DNA of 64,000 bases. Origin: Tistrella mobilis (GTDB taxonomy: Bacteria; Pseudomonadota; Alphaproteobacteria; Tistrellales; Tistrellaceae). A model generated the notes under the pieces. The model ran no database searches and was not told the DNA's origin. It saw only the letters and a list, made by a program, of their open reading frames with translations. Each line of letters starts with the position of its first letter. The first letter of the stretch is position 1. The stretch covers positions 13,724-77,723 of the forward strand of contig NZ_JBBIAB010000003.1 in the NCBI RefSeq assembly GCF_039634785.1, read 5' to 3'. A program made the translations under genes and the position numbers. Shown piece by piece: positions 27,498-35,735 of the stretch.

Positions 27498-27929
27498 ATG
27501 CCCCAGCCCATCCCGCATGGCCCGCACGCCGCCGGCCGGCAGCGCCTGCTGCCGATGCTGCTGGCGCTGCTCGCCCTGTTGTGGACGGCGGGCGCGGTGG
27601 CGGGTGCGGTGCCGCAGCTGCCGGCCGCGCGGGATGCCGCCGGCCAGCCGCGCACTGTCGGGACCGCCACCGGGCCCGGCACGCCCTTCATCCTGCCGCG
27701 CGATGCAGGGCCGGTGCTTCTGGCCGATCACGGCCGCCAGCCCATGGGCCTGCCCGCCGCGGGCGGATCGGCCCTTCCCCCGCCGGCCGTCCCCATCCCC
27801 GGCCGCCGCCTCGCCCCGCAGCACCTGCGCCGTGCGGCAGAACCGCAGGATCGGATACGGCGCCGCCGCTTCTCCCGCCCCGCCGTCCGCGCCCCGCCCG
27901 CCGGCCGGGGCCGCATCGCCGCCGCCTGA
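27498..27929 (+). CDS. Hypothetical proline-rich secreted protein (signal peptide then a low-complexity Pro/Ala/Gly-rich region)
   Basis: Hydrophobic leader LLPMLLALLALLWTAGAVAGA and very high GC3. No recognisable family and no clear Shine-Dalgarno. Alternative frames in the same region are equally open, so this call is weak. Confidence 0.25.
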   Translation: MPQPIPHGPHAAGRQRLLPMLLALLALLWTAGAVAGAVPQLPAARDAAGQPRTVGTATGPGTPFILPRDAGPVLLADHGRQPMGLPAAGGSALPPPAVPIPGRRLAPQHLRRAAEPQDRIRRRRFSRPAVRAPPAGRGRIAAA

Positions 27930-28066
27930 CCGGCCGCCGCGGCCCGCATGTCACCGACCTCTCCAAGCCATTGAAACCTCCCGTCCCTCCGGATCCGGGG
28001 ATGGCGGCGCAGATCTGTGCCGCGACCCGGGTGCGGCGGCACGGGCCCCCTATGGAGACCGGTTAG

Positions 28067-30403
28067 ATGCGCCTGTCGCGCTGGCTGATCCTGACCTATG
28101 CGCTGATCATTCTGGTGGGGCTGTCCGCCGCCCTGCCCAACCTGCTCACCCCCGGCCAGAGGGCGGCACTGCCCGGCTGGCTGCCGTCGAAACCCGTCAC
28201 CCTCGGCCTCGATCTCCGCGGCGGGTCGCAGCTGGTGCTGGAGGTCGACGCCTCCGCCCTGCTCAACGATCCCAGGCTGACCGAGGCGGAGCGCGCCGAA
28301 CGGCTGAATGCCGCCCTGACCCAGAGCCTCGAAATCGTCCGCACGCGCATCGACCAGATCGGCGTCGCCGAACCCTCGGTCCAGCGGGTCGGCGACGACC
28401 GGATCATGGTCCAGCTGCCCGGCGTGCAGGATCCGGCCCGGATCCGCACCCTGCTCGGCAGCACGGCGAAGCTCGGCTTCCATATGCTGGCCGATCCGCC
28501 GGCCCCCGGAGCCCGCCCGGCACCCGGCACCCTGCTGCTGCCCATGCAGGACGAACGCGACGGCAGCGGCGCGCCGCGAAAGCTGGCGGTTCAGGCACAG
28601 CCCGCGCTCGACGGCGACCGGCTGGCCGATGCCCATGCCGGCTTCGATCCACGCAGTGGCGAGCCGGTGGTCAATTTCCGCTTCGACGAGGCCGGCGCCC
28701 GGCGCTTCGCCGAGATCACGACGCAGAATGTCGGCCGCCCCTTCGCCATCGTGCTCGACGGTCGGATCCTGAGCGCCCCGGTGATCCGCGAGCCGATCAC
28801 CGGCGGCGCGGGCCAGATCAGCGGCCGGTTCTCGGTGGCCGAGGCCGGCGTGCTTTCGGCCCTGCTCCGTGCCGGCGCCCTGCCGGCCCCGCTCAGGGTG
28901 ATCGAGGAACGCAGCGTCGGCCCCGATCTGGGCGGAGACGCGATCCGTGCCGGCATCATTGCCGGCCTGGCCGGCTTCGCGCTGGTCTGCGGCTTCATGG
29001 TGGTGCTCTATCGCGGCTGGGGGATGATCGCGAACCTGGCCCTGCTGCTCAACGTCGCCCTCACCCTGGGCGCGCTCTCGGCGCTGGGTGCCACCCTCAC
29101 TCTGCCAGGTATCGCCGGCATCATTCTGGGGCTGGGACTTGCGGTCGATGCCAATGTGCTGATCAACGAGCGCATCCGGGAAGAGACCCGCCGCGGCCGC
29201 GCGGCACGGGCCGCACTCGATGCCGGGTTCAAGCGGGCCTATGCGACCATCGTCGATTCCAACGTCACCAGCCTGATCGCCACCCTGCTGCTGTTCCAGT
29301 TCGGCAGCGGCCCGGTGCGCGGCTTCGCCGTCACCATGGCGCTCGGCATCCTGATCTCGATGTTCACCGCGGTCACCGTGGTCAGGATCGTCATGACCCG
29401 GATTCTGGAACGGCGCGGCGCGCTCCGCTCCTCCACGGCCAGGCTGGAGATCGAACCGCTGATCCGGCTGATGCCGAAAGGCGACACCCGGATCCGCTTC
29501 ATGCGCGCCCGCTTTGCCGGCATTGCGGTCTCGGCCGCGCTGTCGCTCGCCTCGATCGGGCTGTTCGTCTCGCCCGGGCTCAATTACGGCGTCGACTTCA
29601 AGGGCGGCATCCAGATCGAGGCCGCAACCCATGCCGATCCGGGCCGCCTGCGCGACCGGCTGGACGGGCTGGGGTTGGGAGAGATCACCCTCCAGCAGAC
29701 CGGCAGCGACGGTGTCCTGGTCCGGGTGGCGCGTCAGCCGGGCGATGATGCCGCACAGACCATCGCGGTCGAAAGGCTCAAGGCGGCGATCCGGGATGTC
29801 GACCCCGCCGCCGGCATCGAGCGGGTCGATGTGGTGGGGGCCAGGGTCAGCGGCGAACTTGCCACCGCCGGCGTGCTGGCGGTGGTGCTCGCCGGCCTCG
29901 CCATGATGGTCTACATCTGGTGGCGCTTCGAATGGCCCTTTGCGGTGGGGGCCATCGCGACGCTGGTGCTCGACATCACCAAGACGATCGGCTTCTTCGC
30001 CCTTACCGGCATCGACTTCAACCTGACCGCCATCGCCGCCCTGTTGACCCTGATCGGCTATTCGGTCAACGACAAGGTCGTGGTCTACGACCGGATGCGC
30101 GAGAACCTGCGCCTGCATCGCACGCTGTCGCTGCGCGAGATGATCGATCTTTCGATCAATCAGACACTGACCCGCAGCCTCTACACCTCGGCGACCGCCT
30201 TCCTCGCCATGCTGCCGCTGGCGATCTGGGGCGGCAGCGCGGTGGAGAGTTTCGCGGTCCCGATGGTGTTCGGCATCGTGGTCGCGGCCTCGTCCTCGGT
30301 GTTCATCGCCGCCCCCATCCTGCTGTTCCTGGGAGAGCCGATGCGCCGGCGCAGCCGGTCGGCCCTGACGGCGGAGGGGTCAGCGACCGCAACCACCGGG
30401 TGA
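28067..30403 (+). CDS. secDF: Fused SecD/SecF protein-export membrane protein (SecDF)
   Basis: SecD part: GLDLRGGSQLVLEVD and the periplasmic head. SecF part: IRFMRARFAGIAVSAALSLASIGLF...GVDFKGGIQIEA. 778 aa in a single ORF. Confidence 0.85.
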   Translation: MRLSRWLILTYALIILVGLSAALPNLLTPGQRAALPGWLPSKPVTLGLDLRGGSQLVLEVDASALLNDPRLTEAERAERLNAALTQSLEIVRTRIDQIGVAEPSVQRVGDDRIMVQLPGVQDPARIRTLLGSTAKLGFHMLADPPAPGARPAPGTLLLPMQDERDGSGAPRKLAVQAQPALDGDRLADAHAGFDPRSGEPVVNFRFDEAGARRFAEITTQNVGRPFAIVLDGRILSAPVIREPITGGAGQISGRFSVAEAGVLSALLRAGALPAPLRVIEERSVGPDLGGDAIRAGIIAGLAGFALVCGFMVVLYRGWGMIANLALLLNVALTLGALSALGATLTLPGIAGIILGLGLAVDANVLINERIREETRRGRAARAALDAGFKRAYATIVDSNVTSLIATLLLFQFGSGPVRGFAVTMALGILISMFTAVTVVRIVMTRILERRGALRSSTARLEIEPLIRLMPKGDTRIRFMRARFAGIAVSAALSLASIGLFVSPGLNYGVDFKGGIQIEAATHADPGRLRDRLDGLGLGEITLQQTGSDGVLVRVARQPGDDAAQTIAVERLKAAIRDVDPAAGIERVDVVGARVSGELATAGVLAVVLAGLAMMVYIWWRFEWPFAVGAIATLVLDITKTIGFFALTGIDFNLTAIAALLTLIGYSVNDKVVVYDRMRENLRLHRTLSLREMIDLSINQTLTRSLYTSATAFLAMLPLAIWGGSAVESFAVPMVFGIVVAASSSVFIAAPILLFLGEPMRRRSRSALTAEGSATATTG

Positions 30404-30485
30404 CAGGTCATCCCTCCTGAGGTATAGCGGTCGCATCCGGCCCGGATGCGGCCGCCCATGCCGACGACACCGAAGGAGGGGTTTC

Positions 30486-31271
30486 ATGCAGCCCACCGCC
30501 TCGCGCTGGGTCCAGCCCGGCCAGGATCGCTGGCTCACCGGTCCCGCCGGCCGAAGCGCCGCGCCCTGGCGGCTGCTCTGCATCCCCCATGCCGGCGGCG
30601 GCGCCAGCGCCTTCCGCCCCTGGGAGGGGTTCACCGGCCCGGATGTCGAGCTTCTGGTCGCCCAGCTGCCGGGCCGCGAAAGCCGTTTTCCCGAACCGGC
30701 GCTCGACCGGGTGGCACCGGTGGTCGACGGGCTGGCCACCGCCCTCGGCCGTCTTGCACCCAAGCCGACCCTGATCTTCGGACACAGCATGGGTGCGATG
30801 ATCGGCTATGAACTGGCCGCCCGGCTGGTGGGGGAGGCCTCGCCCCATGCGCCGCGCACGCTGATCGTCTCGGGCCGCACCGCCCCCGGCTCATCCAGCA
30901 CGCTGGGCGATCTGCTCGGGCTGGACGATGCCGGCTTCGCGGATGCGCTTGCCGCCCGGTATGACGGCATCCCGGCCGCCCTGCTCGCCGATCGCGAATT
31001 GATGGCCGTGTTCCTGCCGACCCTCAGGGCCGATTTCCGGATGGTCGCGGAATATCGCCCGGATCCTGCCGCCTGCCCGCGCCTGCCCTGCCCGATCCTG
31101 GCGCTGGGCGGGGCCGACGACATCCATGCCGCCCCCGAACGGCTGGCCGCCTGGCAGGGTTTCACCACCGCCGGCTTCATGCGCGAGATCTTCCCGGGCG
31201 GGCATTTCTATCTGGCGGCCGATCCCGCCCGGGTGGTTGCGCGCGTGCTGGCCGCGCGCGGCATGGTCTGA
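30486..31271 (+). CDS. Type II thioesterase (NRPS/PKS editing thioesterase, alpha/beta hydrolase)
   Basis: GHSMGAMIGYELA nucleophile elbow, about 260 aa. Strong Shine-Dalgarno GAAGGAGGGG. Located inside the NRPS island. Confidence 0.85.
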   Translation: MQPTASRWVQPGQDRWLTGPAGRSAAPWRLLCIPHAGGGASAFRPWEGFTGPDVELLVAQLPGRESRFPEPALDRVAPVVDGLATALGRLAPKPTLIFGHSMGAMIGYELAARLVGEASPHAPRTLIVSGRTAPGSSSTLGDLLGLDDAGFADALAARYDGIPAALLADRELMAVFLPTLRADFRMVAEYRPDPAACPRLPCPILALGGADDIHAAPERLAAWQGFTTAGFMREIFPGGHFYLAADPARVVARVLAARGMV

Positions 31272-31274
31272 GGC

Positions 31275-32726
31275 TCAGCCCCCCGCGCCCGCGACCCTGG
31301 CGCCGCCCACGGGCGGGGCGGTTTCAGGAACGACGCCATAGGGCCCGAACCCCGCCGGCCCATAGGGCGTGGTCACGGCACCCGTGCCGCCGCCGATGCC
31401 CAGCCACCGGCTCAGCTGTTCCAGGGTCACCGGCTCACCCGGCAGGAAGCCCTGGCGCACGGCGGTGGGCGCCGGCTGGGGCGAGGCAGGCTGCACCGGG
31501 GCCGCCGGCGCCGTCGGATGCTCGGGCGTGGTGGTTTCCGGCACCATGGCCCGGCCGACCGAGGCGGTGCCGGCAGGCGCGCCTTCGACGACCGCCTCGC
31601 TCTCGCCACTATCCATGCGCGGCCCTGATTTCGGCCCGCCGGCCGGCGCGGGCCGAGAGCCCGTCTGGTTGAGGGGCTCCGACCCCACCGGCCGGATCTC
31701 GGCCGTGCCCGCATCCACGTCGCCCAGGATGACCGGCTGGCCGGCACCGCCATCGGCAGCCTGGGGCCCGCCCGTAGCGCCGGACGTCGTCGCCGCGCGG
31801 GCGCCATTGCTGTCGATGCCACCCAGGATCAGCGGCATGCCGCCCGAATCCTTGTTGCCGATCACCACCACCTTGGCATTGGTCGACTGGGCCAGCTGCA
31901 CCGAGGCATTGATGCCGAGCCAGGTGAGATAATCCGGAATCTCCGAGGCACCGACCCGGTCGAACAGCATGCGGATACCTTCACCTTCGATCCGCTTGCG
32001 TTCGGCTTCCTTCTGCTCGGTCGCCAGGCGGTAATCATATTCCAGCTGACGCTGATACTGCTCGACCTTGCGTTCGATCGCCTGGGCGACGCGCTCGGGC
32101 AGATGGATCGCCTTGATCAGCACGTCCTGCAGCTCGATCAGGTCGAAACCGGGCTGGCTGTAATAGTTGCCGCGCAGGAAATTCGCCTTCACGCCCTCGT
32201 AGATCTCGTTCTGCACGATGGTACGCAGGTTCGAGTAAAAATCCTCGGCGGTGTACTGCGAGATGCGCGCCCGGGCGACCGATCCGACCTCGGGAATGAT
32301 GATCTTGTGCAGGTATTCCGGGCCGACATTCTTGTGCAGGATACCGACATACTGCTCGTTCACCCGGTAGCGGAACGAGATGGTGGTGGCGACCGTCAGG
32401 CCGTCTGCGGTGATCGCATCATAGGTCTGGGTCACGGTCTGGAAGCGGACGTCATAGATCTCCAGCCGGTCCCAGGGCCAGATCACCTGCAACCCTTCAC
32501 CCGTCGGGCTGTCGACATCGGTCCCGCTGAAGCGGTGCCAGACGACGCCGGCATGACCGGCCGGCACGGTGATGAACATCGCCGGCCAGAACAGGATGAT
32601 CAGCGCGCCGGCGATCAGCACCGACAGGGTCAGCGACCAGAGATGGCGGCGCAGCCAGCCGCCGATCCGGCCGAGAGGTCCGGGACGCTCCGGCTCGTCG
32701 GTCATGTCCATATCGGCGACCGTCAT
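31275..32726 (-). CDS. SPFH/Band-7 (prohibitin/HflC-like) domain membrane protein with a long Pro/Gly/Ala-rich C-terminal tail
   Basis: N-terminal TM helix (LWSLTLSVLIAGALIILFW). SPFH core (GHAGVVWHRFSGT...YEGVKANFL). Coiled-coil EQYQRQLEYDYRLATEQKEAERKR. Start ATG 32724-32726 forms an ATGA overlap with the upstream ABC exporter stop and has GGGAGG 7 nt upstream. Confidence 0.8.
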   Translation of the reverse strand: MTVADMDMTDEPERPGPLGRIGGWLRRHLWSLTLSVLIAGALIILFWPAMFITVPAGHAGVVWHRFSGTDVDSPTGEGLQVIWPWDRLEIYDVRFQTVTQTYDAITADGLTVATTISFRYRVNEQYVGILHKNVGPEYLHKIIIPEVGSVARARISQYTAEDFYSNLRTIVQNEIYEGVKANFLRGNYYSQPGFDLIELQDVLIKAIHLPERVAQAIERKVEQYQRQLEYDYRLATEQKEAERKRIEGEGIRMLFDRVGASEIPDYLTWLGINASVQLAQSTNAKVVVIGNKDSGGMPLILGGIDSNGARAATTSGATGGPQAADGGAGQPVILGDVDAGTAEIRPVGSEPLNQTGSRPAPAGGPKSGPRMDSGESEAVVEGAPAGTASVGRAMVPETTTPEHPTAPAAPVQPASPQPAPTAVRQGFLPGEPVTLEQLSRWLGIGGGTGAVTTPYGPAGFGPYGVVPETAPPVGGARVAGAGG

Positions 32727-34411
32727 GCCGGATCCTCCCAATCTTCGCCTTCAGTACGGGCTTCGTCTTCAGTACGGGCGTCGCCGTTGTCGACGATCCT
32801 GACCACGCGCCCCTCCTCCATCGCCACCCGACGGTCGGCGACGTCGAAATAGCGGTCGTCATGGGTGATCGCGATCACCGTCTTGCCACGCGCCTTCAGC
32901 ATCGGCAGCAGTTCCCGATAGAATTTGCGCCGGAACTGCGGGTCCTGATCGGCAGCCCATTCGTCGAGCACCAGCACCGGCCGGTCCTCGATCATCGACA
33001 CCATCAGCGCCAGGCGCTTCCGCTGGCCGCTCGACAGGTCGATCGTATCGAACAGGTCGCCCTGAAGCGCCACCTTGCCGCCCATCTCCATCAGCTTCAC
33101 CAGCGCCTCGAATTCGGCCGCATCCGGCGGCTCGATCCCGTAAAGGCGGCGGAACAGATGGTAGTCGGCATAGATCGCCGAGAACAGCGAACGATAGGTT
33201 TCGAACGAACCGCGGGTGACCGGTTTCCCATCCAGCCGGATCATGCCCCTGTCGGCATGATAGAGGCCGAGCAGCAGGCGGATCAGGGTCGACTTGCCCG
33301 AGCCGTTGCCGCCGGTCACGAAGATCAGCTCGCCGGCCCGGATGGTCAGATCCACCGGCCCCACCCCGAATGACACGCCGCCCACCGGCGCATAGGTGAA
33401 GGCCACCCCGTCCAGCCGGATCTCCTCGAACGAGGTCAGGGTCTGGGGCGGGGTCTCGGCCACCTCGGACGCGGCGGCGATCTCGCGCAGCACGCGGTCC
33501 ATGCGCATCAGGTTCTCGGCGGCGGCATTGGCCATCGCCATCATCGGCACGGCCTGGATGACCATGCTGAGCGGGCCGACGATGAACAGGATCGCGGTGG
33601 CGGTGCGGACCACCGCCTCGGGCTCGGTATTGCCGAAGCTCGGCACCACGAAGACCACCACGCCCAGCAGCAGGAAGATCATCGTCTGGCCGAAAACGAA
33701 TTCATTGCCCGACTTCACCTGCATGTCGGCCTTGGCATCGCGCGCCTCGGTGGACAGCCGTGCCATGTCGCGCAGCAGGGCATCGCGGCGCGAGGACGAC
33801 AGCTTCACTTCCTTGAAGCCGTCGAGCACGTCGCGCATGCTCTCGAAAACCTGGTTTTCCTTCATCATCGCAGCCGGATACCGGTTGCGCAGATCGATCA
33901 GCCGCCGGACGACCAGAAACACCGCGATGGCGATGAAACCGGTGCTGAGCCAGAAGGCGGTGCGATCGGTGATGAAGATGTAGATCATCGCCAGCCCGAC
34001 CAGGATCACCGACTGGGCGGCGATCACCAGCAGGTTGGCGGCCTGGGAAATCGTCTGGGTGTCGCGGATGACGCTGGCCAGGATATTGCCGCGCCCCACC
34101 TGTTCCAGGGGCAGCAGATCGGATCGCGAAACCGCGTCGATCAGGCTGCTACGCTGGCGATGGATGATCTCCTCCACCTCGGTGGCGGTGATCTGCATCA
34201 TCCGGCGCTGGCTGAGCACATAGACCGCGACCACGATCGCAAACAGCGCCACCGTCCGCAGGTCGAGCGCATCGTCGTAGAGCCCGGCGGAATTGTTGAT
34301 GATCGCCATCACCAGCGCGTTGCTGACACCGGCGAGCGCGGCGATGAACAGGAGGGTCGCCGGCTTCGCCGTCAGGTCGCGGCGAATAAGCTCGATCAGG
34401 GGCATCGTCAC
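32723..34411 (-). CDS. Fused TMD-NBD ABC exporter of the cyclic-peptide/siderophore exporter type (SyrD/PvdE/YojI-like)
   Basis: N-terminal 6-TM ABC_membrane domain. Walker A GGNGSGKST. Signature LSSGQRKRLAL. Walker B VLVLDE. 562 aa. Confidence 0.85.
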   Translation of the reverse strand: MTMPLIELIRRDLTAKPATLLFIAALAGVSNALVMAIINNSAGLYDDALDLRTVALFAIVVAVYVLSQRRMMQITATEVEEIIHRQRSSLIDAVSRSDLLPLEQVGRGNILASVIRDTQTISQAANLLVIAAQSVILVGLAMIYIFITDRTAFWLSTGFIAIAVFLVVRRLIDLRNRYPAAMMKENQVFESMRDVLDGFKEVKLSSSRRDALLRDMARLSTEARDAKADMQVKSGNEFVFGQTMIFLLLGVVVFVVPSFGNTEPEAVVRTATAILFIVGPLSMVIQAVPMMAMANAAAENLMRMDRVLREIAAASEVAETPPQTLTSFEEIRLDGVAFTYAPVGGVSFGVGPVDLTIRAGELIFVTGGNGSGKSTLIRLLLGLYHADRGMIRLDGKPVTRGSFETYRSLFSAIYADYHLFRRLYGIEPPDAAEFEALVKLMEMGGKVALQGDLFDTIDLSSGQRKRLALMVSMIEDRPVLVLDEWAADQDPQFRRKFYRELLPMLKARGKTVIAITHDDRYFDVADRRVAMEEGRVVRIVDNGDARTEDEARTEGEDWEDPA

Positions 34412-34520
34412 CGGGCGGAACTCGGTCTTGCTCGGGAAAATCCTGCCCGGGAGATGGCCCGGGGAAGCGGGTCGCGGTGCATCGGGTCAGGCCCCGTTCC
34501 GCGATACGGTCTTCCGGCGC

Positions 34521-34733
34521 TCAGCGCCGCCGCGCCTTGCGCGCGACCACCGGAGGAGCCGGCTCGCGCGGGCGGGTCGCATACAGCACCAGCAGCACCA
34601 CGAAGGGGGTCAGCAGGATGGACAGCAGGAAGGAGACGACGAAGCCCGGTTTGCGGCCCGCGCCACAGAGGCCGACCATCACCGACATGACGACGTAGAT
34701 GATGGGGAGCATGAGGCCGGCAATCGGCGGCAT
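34521..34733 (-). CDS. Hypothetical small membrane protein (70 aa, 2 TM helices)
   Basis: MPPIAGLMLPIIYVVMSVMVGLCGAGRKPGFVVSFLLSILLTPFVVLLVLYA, then a basic tail. Confidence 0.35.
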   Translation of the reverse strand: MPPIAGLMLPIIYVVMSVMVGLCGAGRKPGFVVSFLLSILLTPFVVLLVLYATRPREPAPPVVARKARRR

Positions 34734-34873
34734 CGCGGTGATCCTCTCGGTGCGCAGGTCCAGAGACCGGGTTCGACGTGGTCAGGCGACGGGCGCCGCC
34801 CGCCCCGCGCCCCGCAGATGCGGTGACGGAAGCGGGCGGGCGACCTGTCGGATGGTCATCCGTTGAACGGCAG

Positions 34874-35464
34874 TCACGACGCCTTGGTGGCGGCGGGCTT
34901 GCCCTCGGCCTTCGCTGCGTCGGCCGCGGCCTTCGCCGCTTCGGTGGTCGACGGCGCATCGGCCTTGGCGGCCTCGAATTCGGCCTTGAAGTGCTCGCGC
35001 AGCTGATCCGGGTTGAAGTTCAGCAGCGTGCCGCCGGTCTCGAAGTGCTGGATGAACACCCGGCCGATGGCGTAGGTCACGGCATAGGAAACGGTGGGCG
35101 AAACCGCGAGACCGATGACGGTACCGACCACCGGCACCGCCTTCACCAGGCTGGCGACGCCACCGACCAGGCCGGCCGCGGCGGTGCCGGGGACGACGGT
35201 GTTGGCCAGCGAGCCGATGATCGCCTTGGCGCGGTTCTCGCTGAACGGCACGTCATAGAGCTTCGACAGCTCGTAGATCATCTTCACCTGCACGCCCGTG
35301 ACCAGGGCCACGTCGAGCAGGGGGAAAGGCAGCAGGCCGGCGCCCGCGCCCCAGAGCGCGCAACGCTTGACCAGCGAACGCGCATCGTCGGCGCGCAGCT
35401 CAGGGGTGTACTCTTCGGCGGGAGCAGCCGTCACTTCGGCGGTGGACATCGATCGCATCCTCAT
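34874..35464 (-). CDS. Conserved hypothetical protein, DUF697-like
   Basis: The segment LPFPLLDVALVTGVQVKMIYELSKLYDVPFSENRAKAIIGSLANT resembles the DUF697 core. Gly/Ala-rich C-terminus. The start is ambiguous (M at 35464 or MSTAEV at 35448). Confidence 0.45.
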   Translation of the reverse strand: MRMRSMSTAEVTAAPAEEYTPELRADDARSLVKRCALWGAGAGLLPFPLLDVALVTGVQVKMIYELSKLYDVPFSENRAKAIIGSLANTVVPGTAAAGLVGGVASLVKAVPVVGTVIGLAVSPTVSYAVTYAIGRVFIQHFETGGTLLNFNPDQLREHFKAEFEAAKADAPSTTEAAKAAADAAKAEGKPAATKAS

Positions 35465-35735
35465 CCAGGGGCCCGGACCAGTCTTGCCGGGATAGGCCAG
35501 TCTTGCCGGGATCGTTCGGTGGGTCGGAAGGGGGAAGGGACGACAGCCCGTCGTGGGGCAGTACCGTGGAGGGACAGTGCCGTGCGGGCAAGGTCACCCG
35601 TACCATACTGATGATCCACGCAGAGCGTGCCATTCTTCCTCTGAAACGCCAACGGAATTCCCGGAGACATCCGGTTCCGCAGGCGGTACGCCATCTGGCC
35701 GGCATCCCGTGGCGGGGTTTTCACACCCGGCGCGG

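Noticed and set aside
25656-30118. Overlapping long ORFs 25656-27278(+), 25690-27339(-, alternate frame), 27250-29748(+), 27728-30118(-)
   Set aside because: These are alternative or antisense frames of the CPA2 antiporter and SecDF genes. The real frames show TM and Rossmann motifs, while these give Arg/Gly/Pro-rich nonsense.
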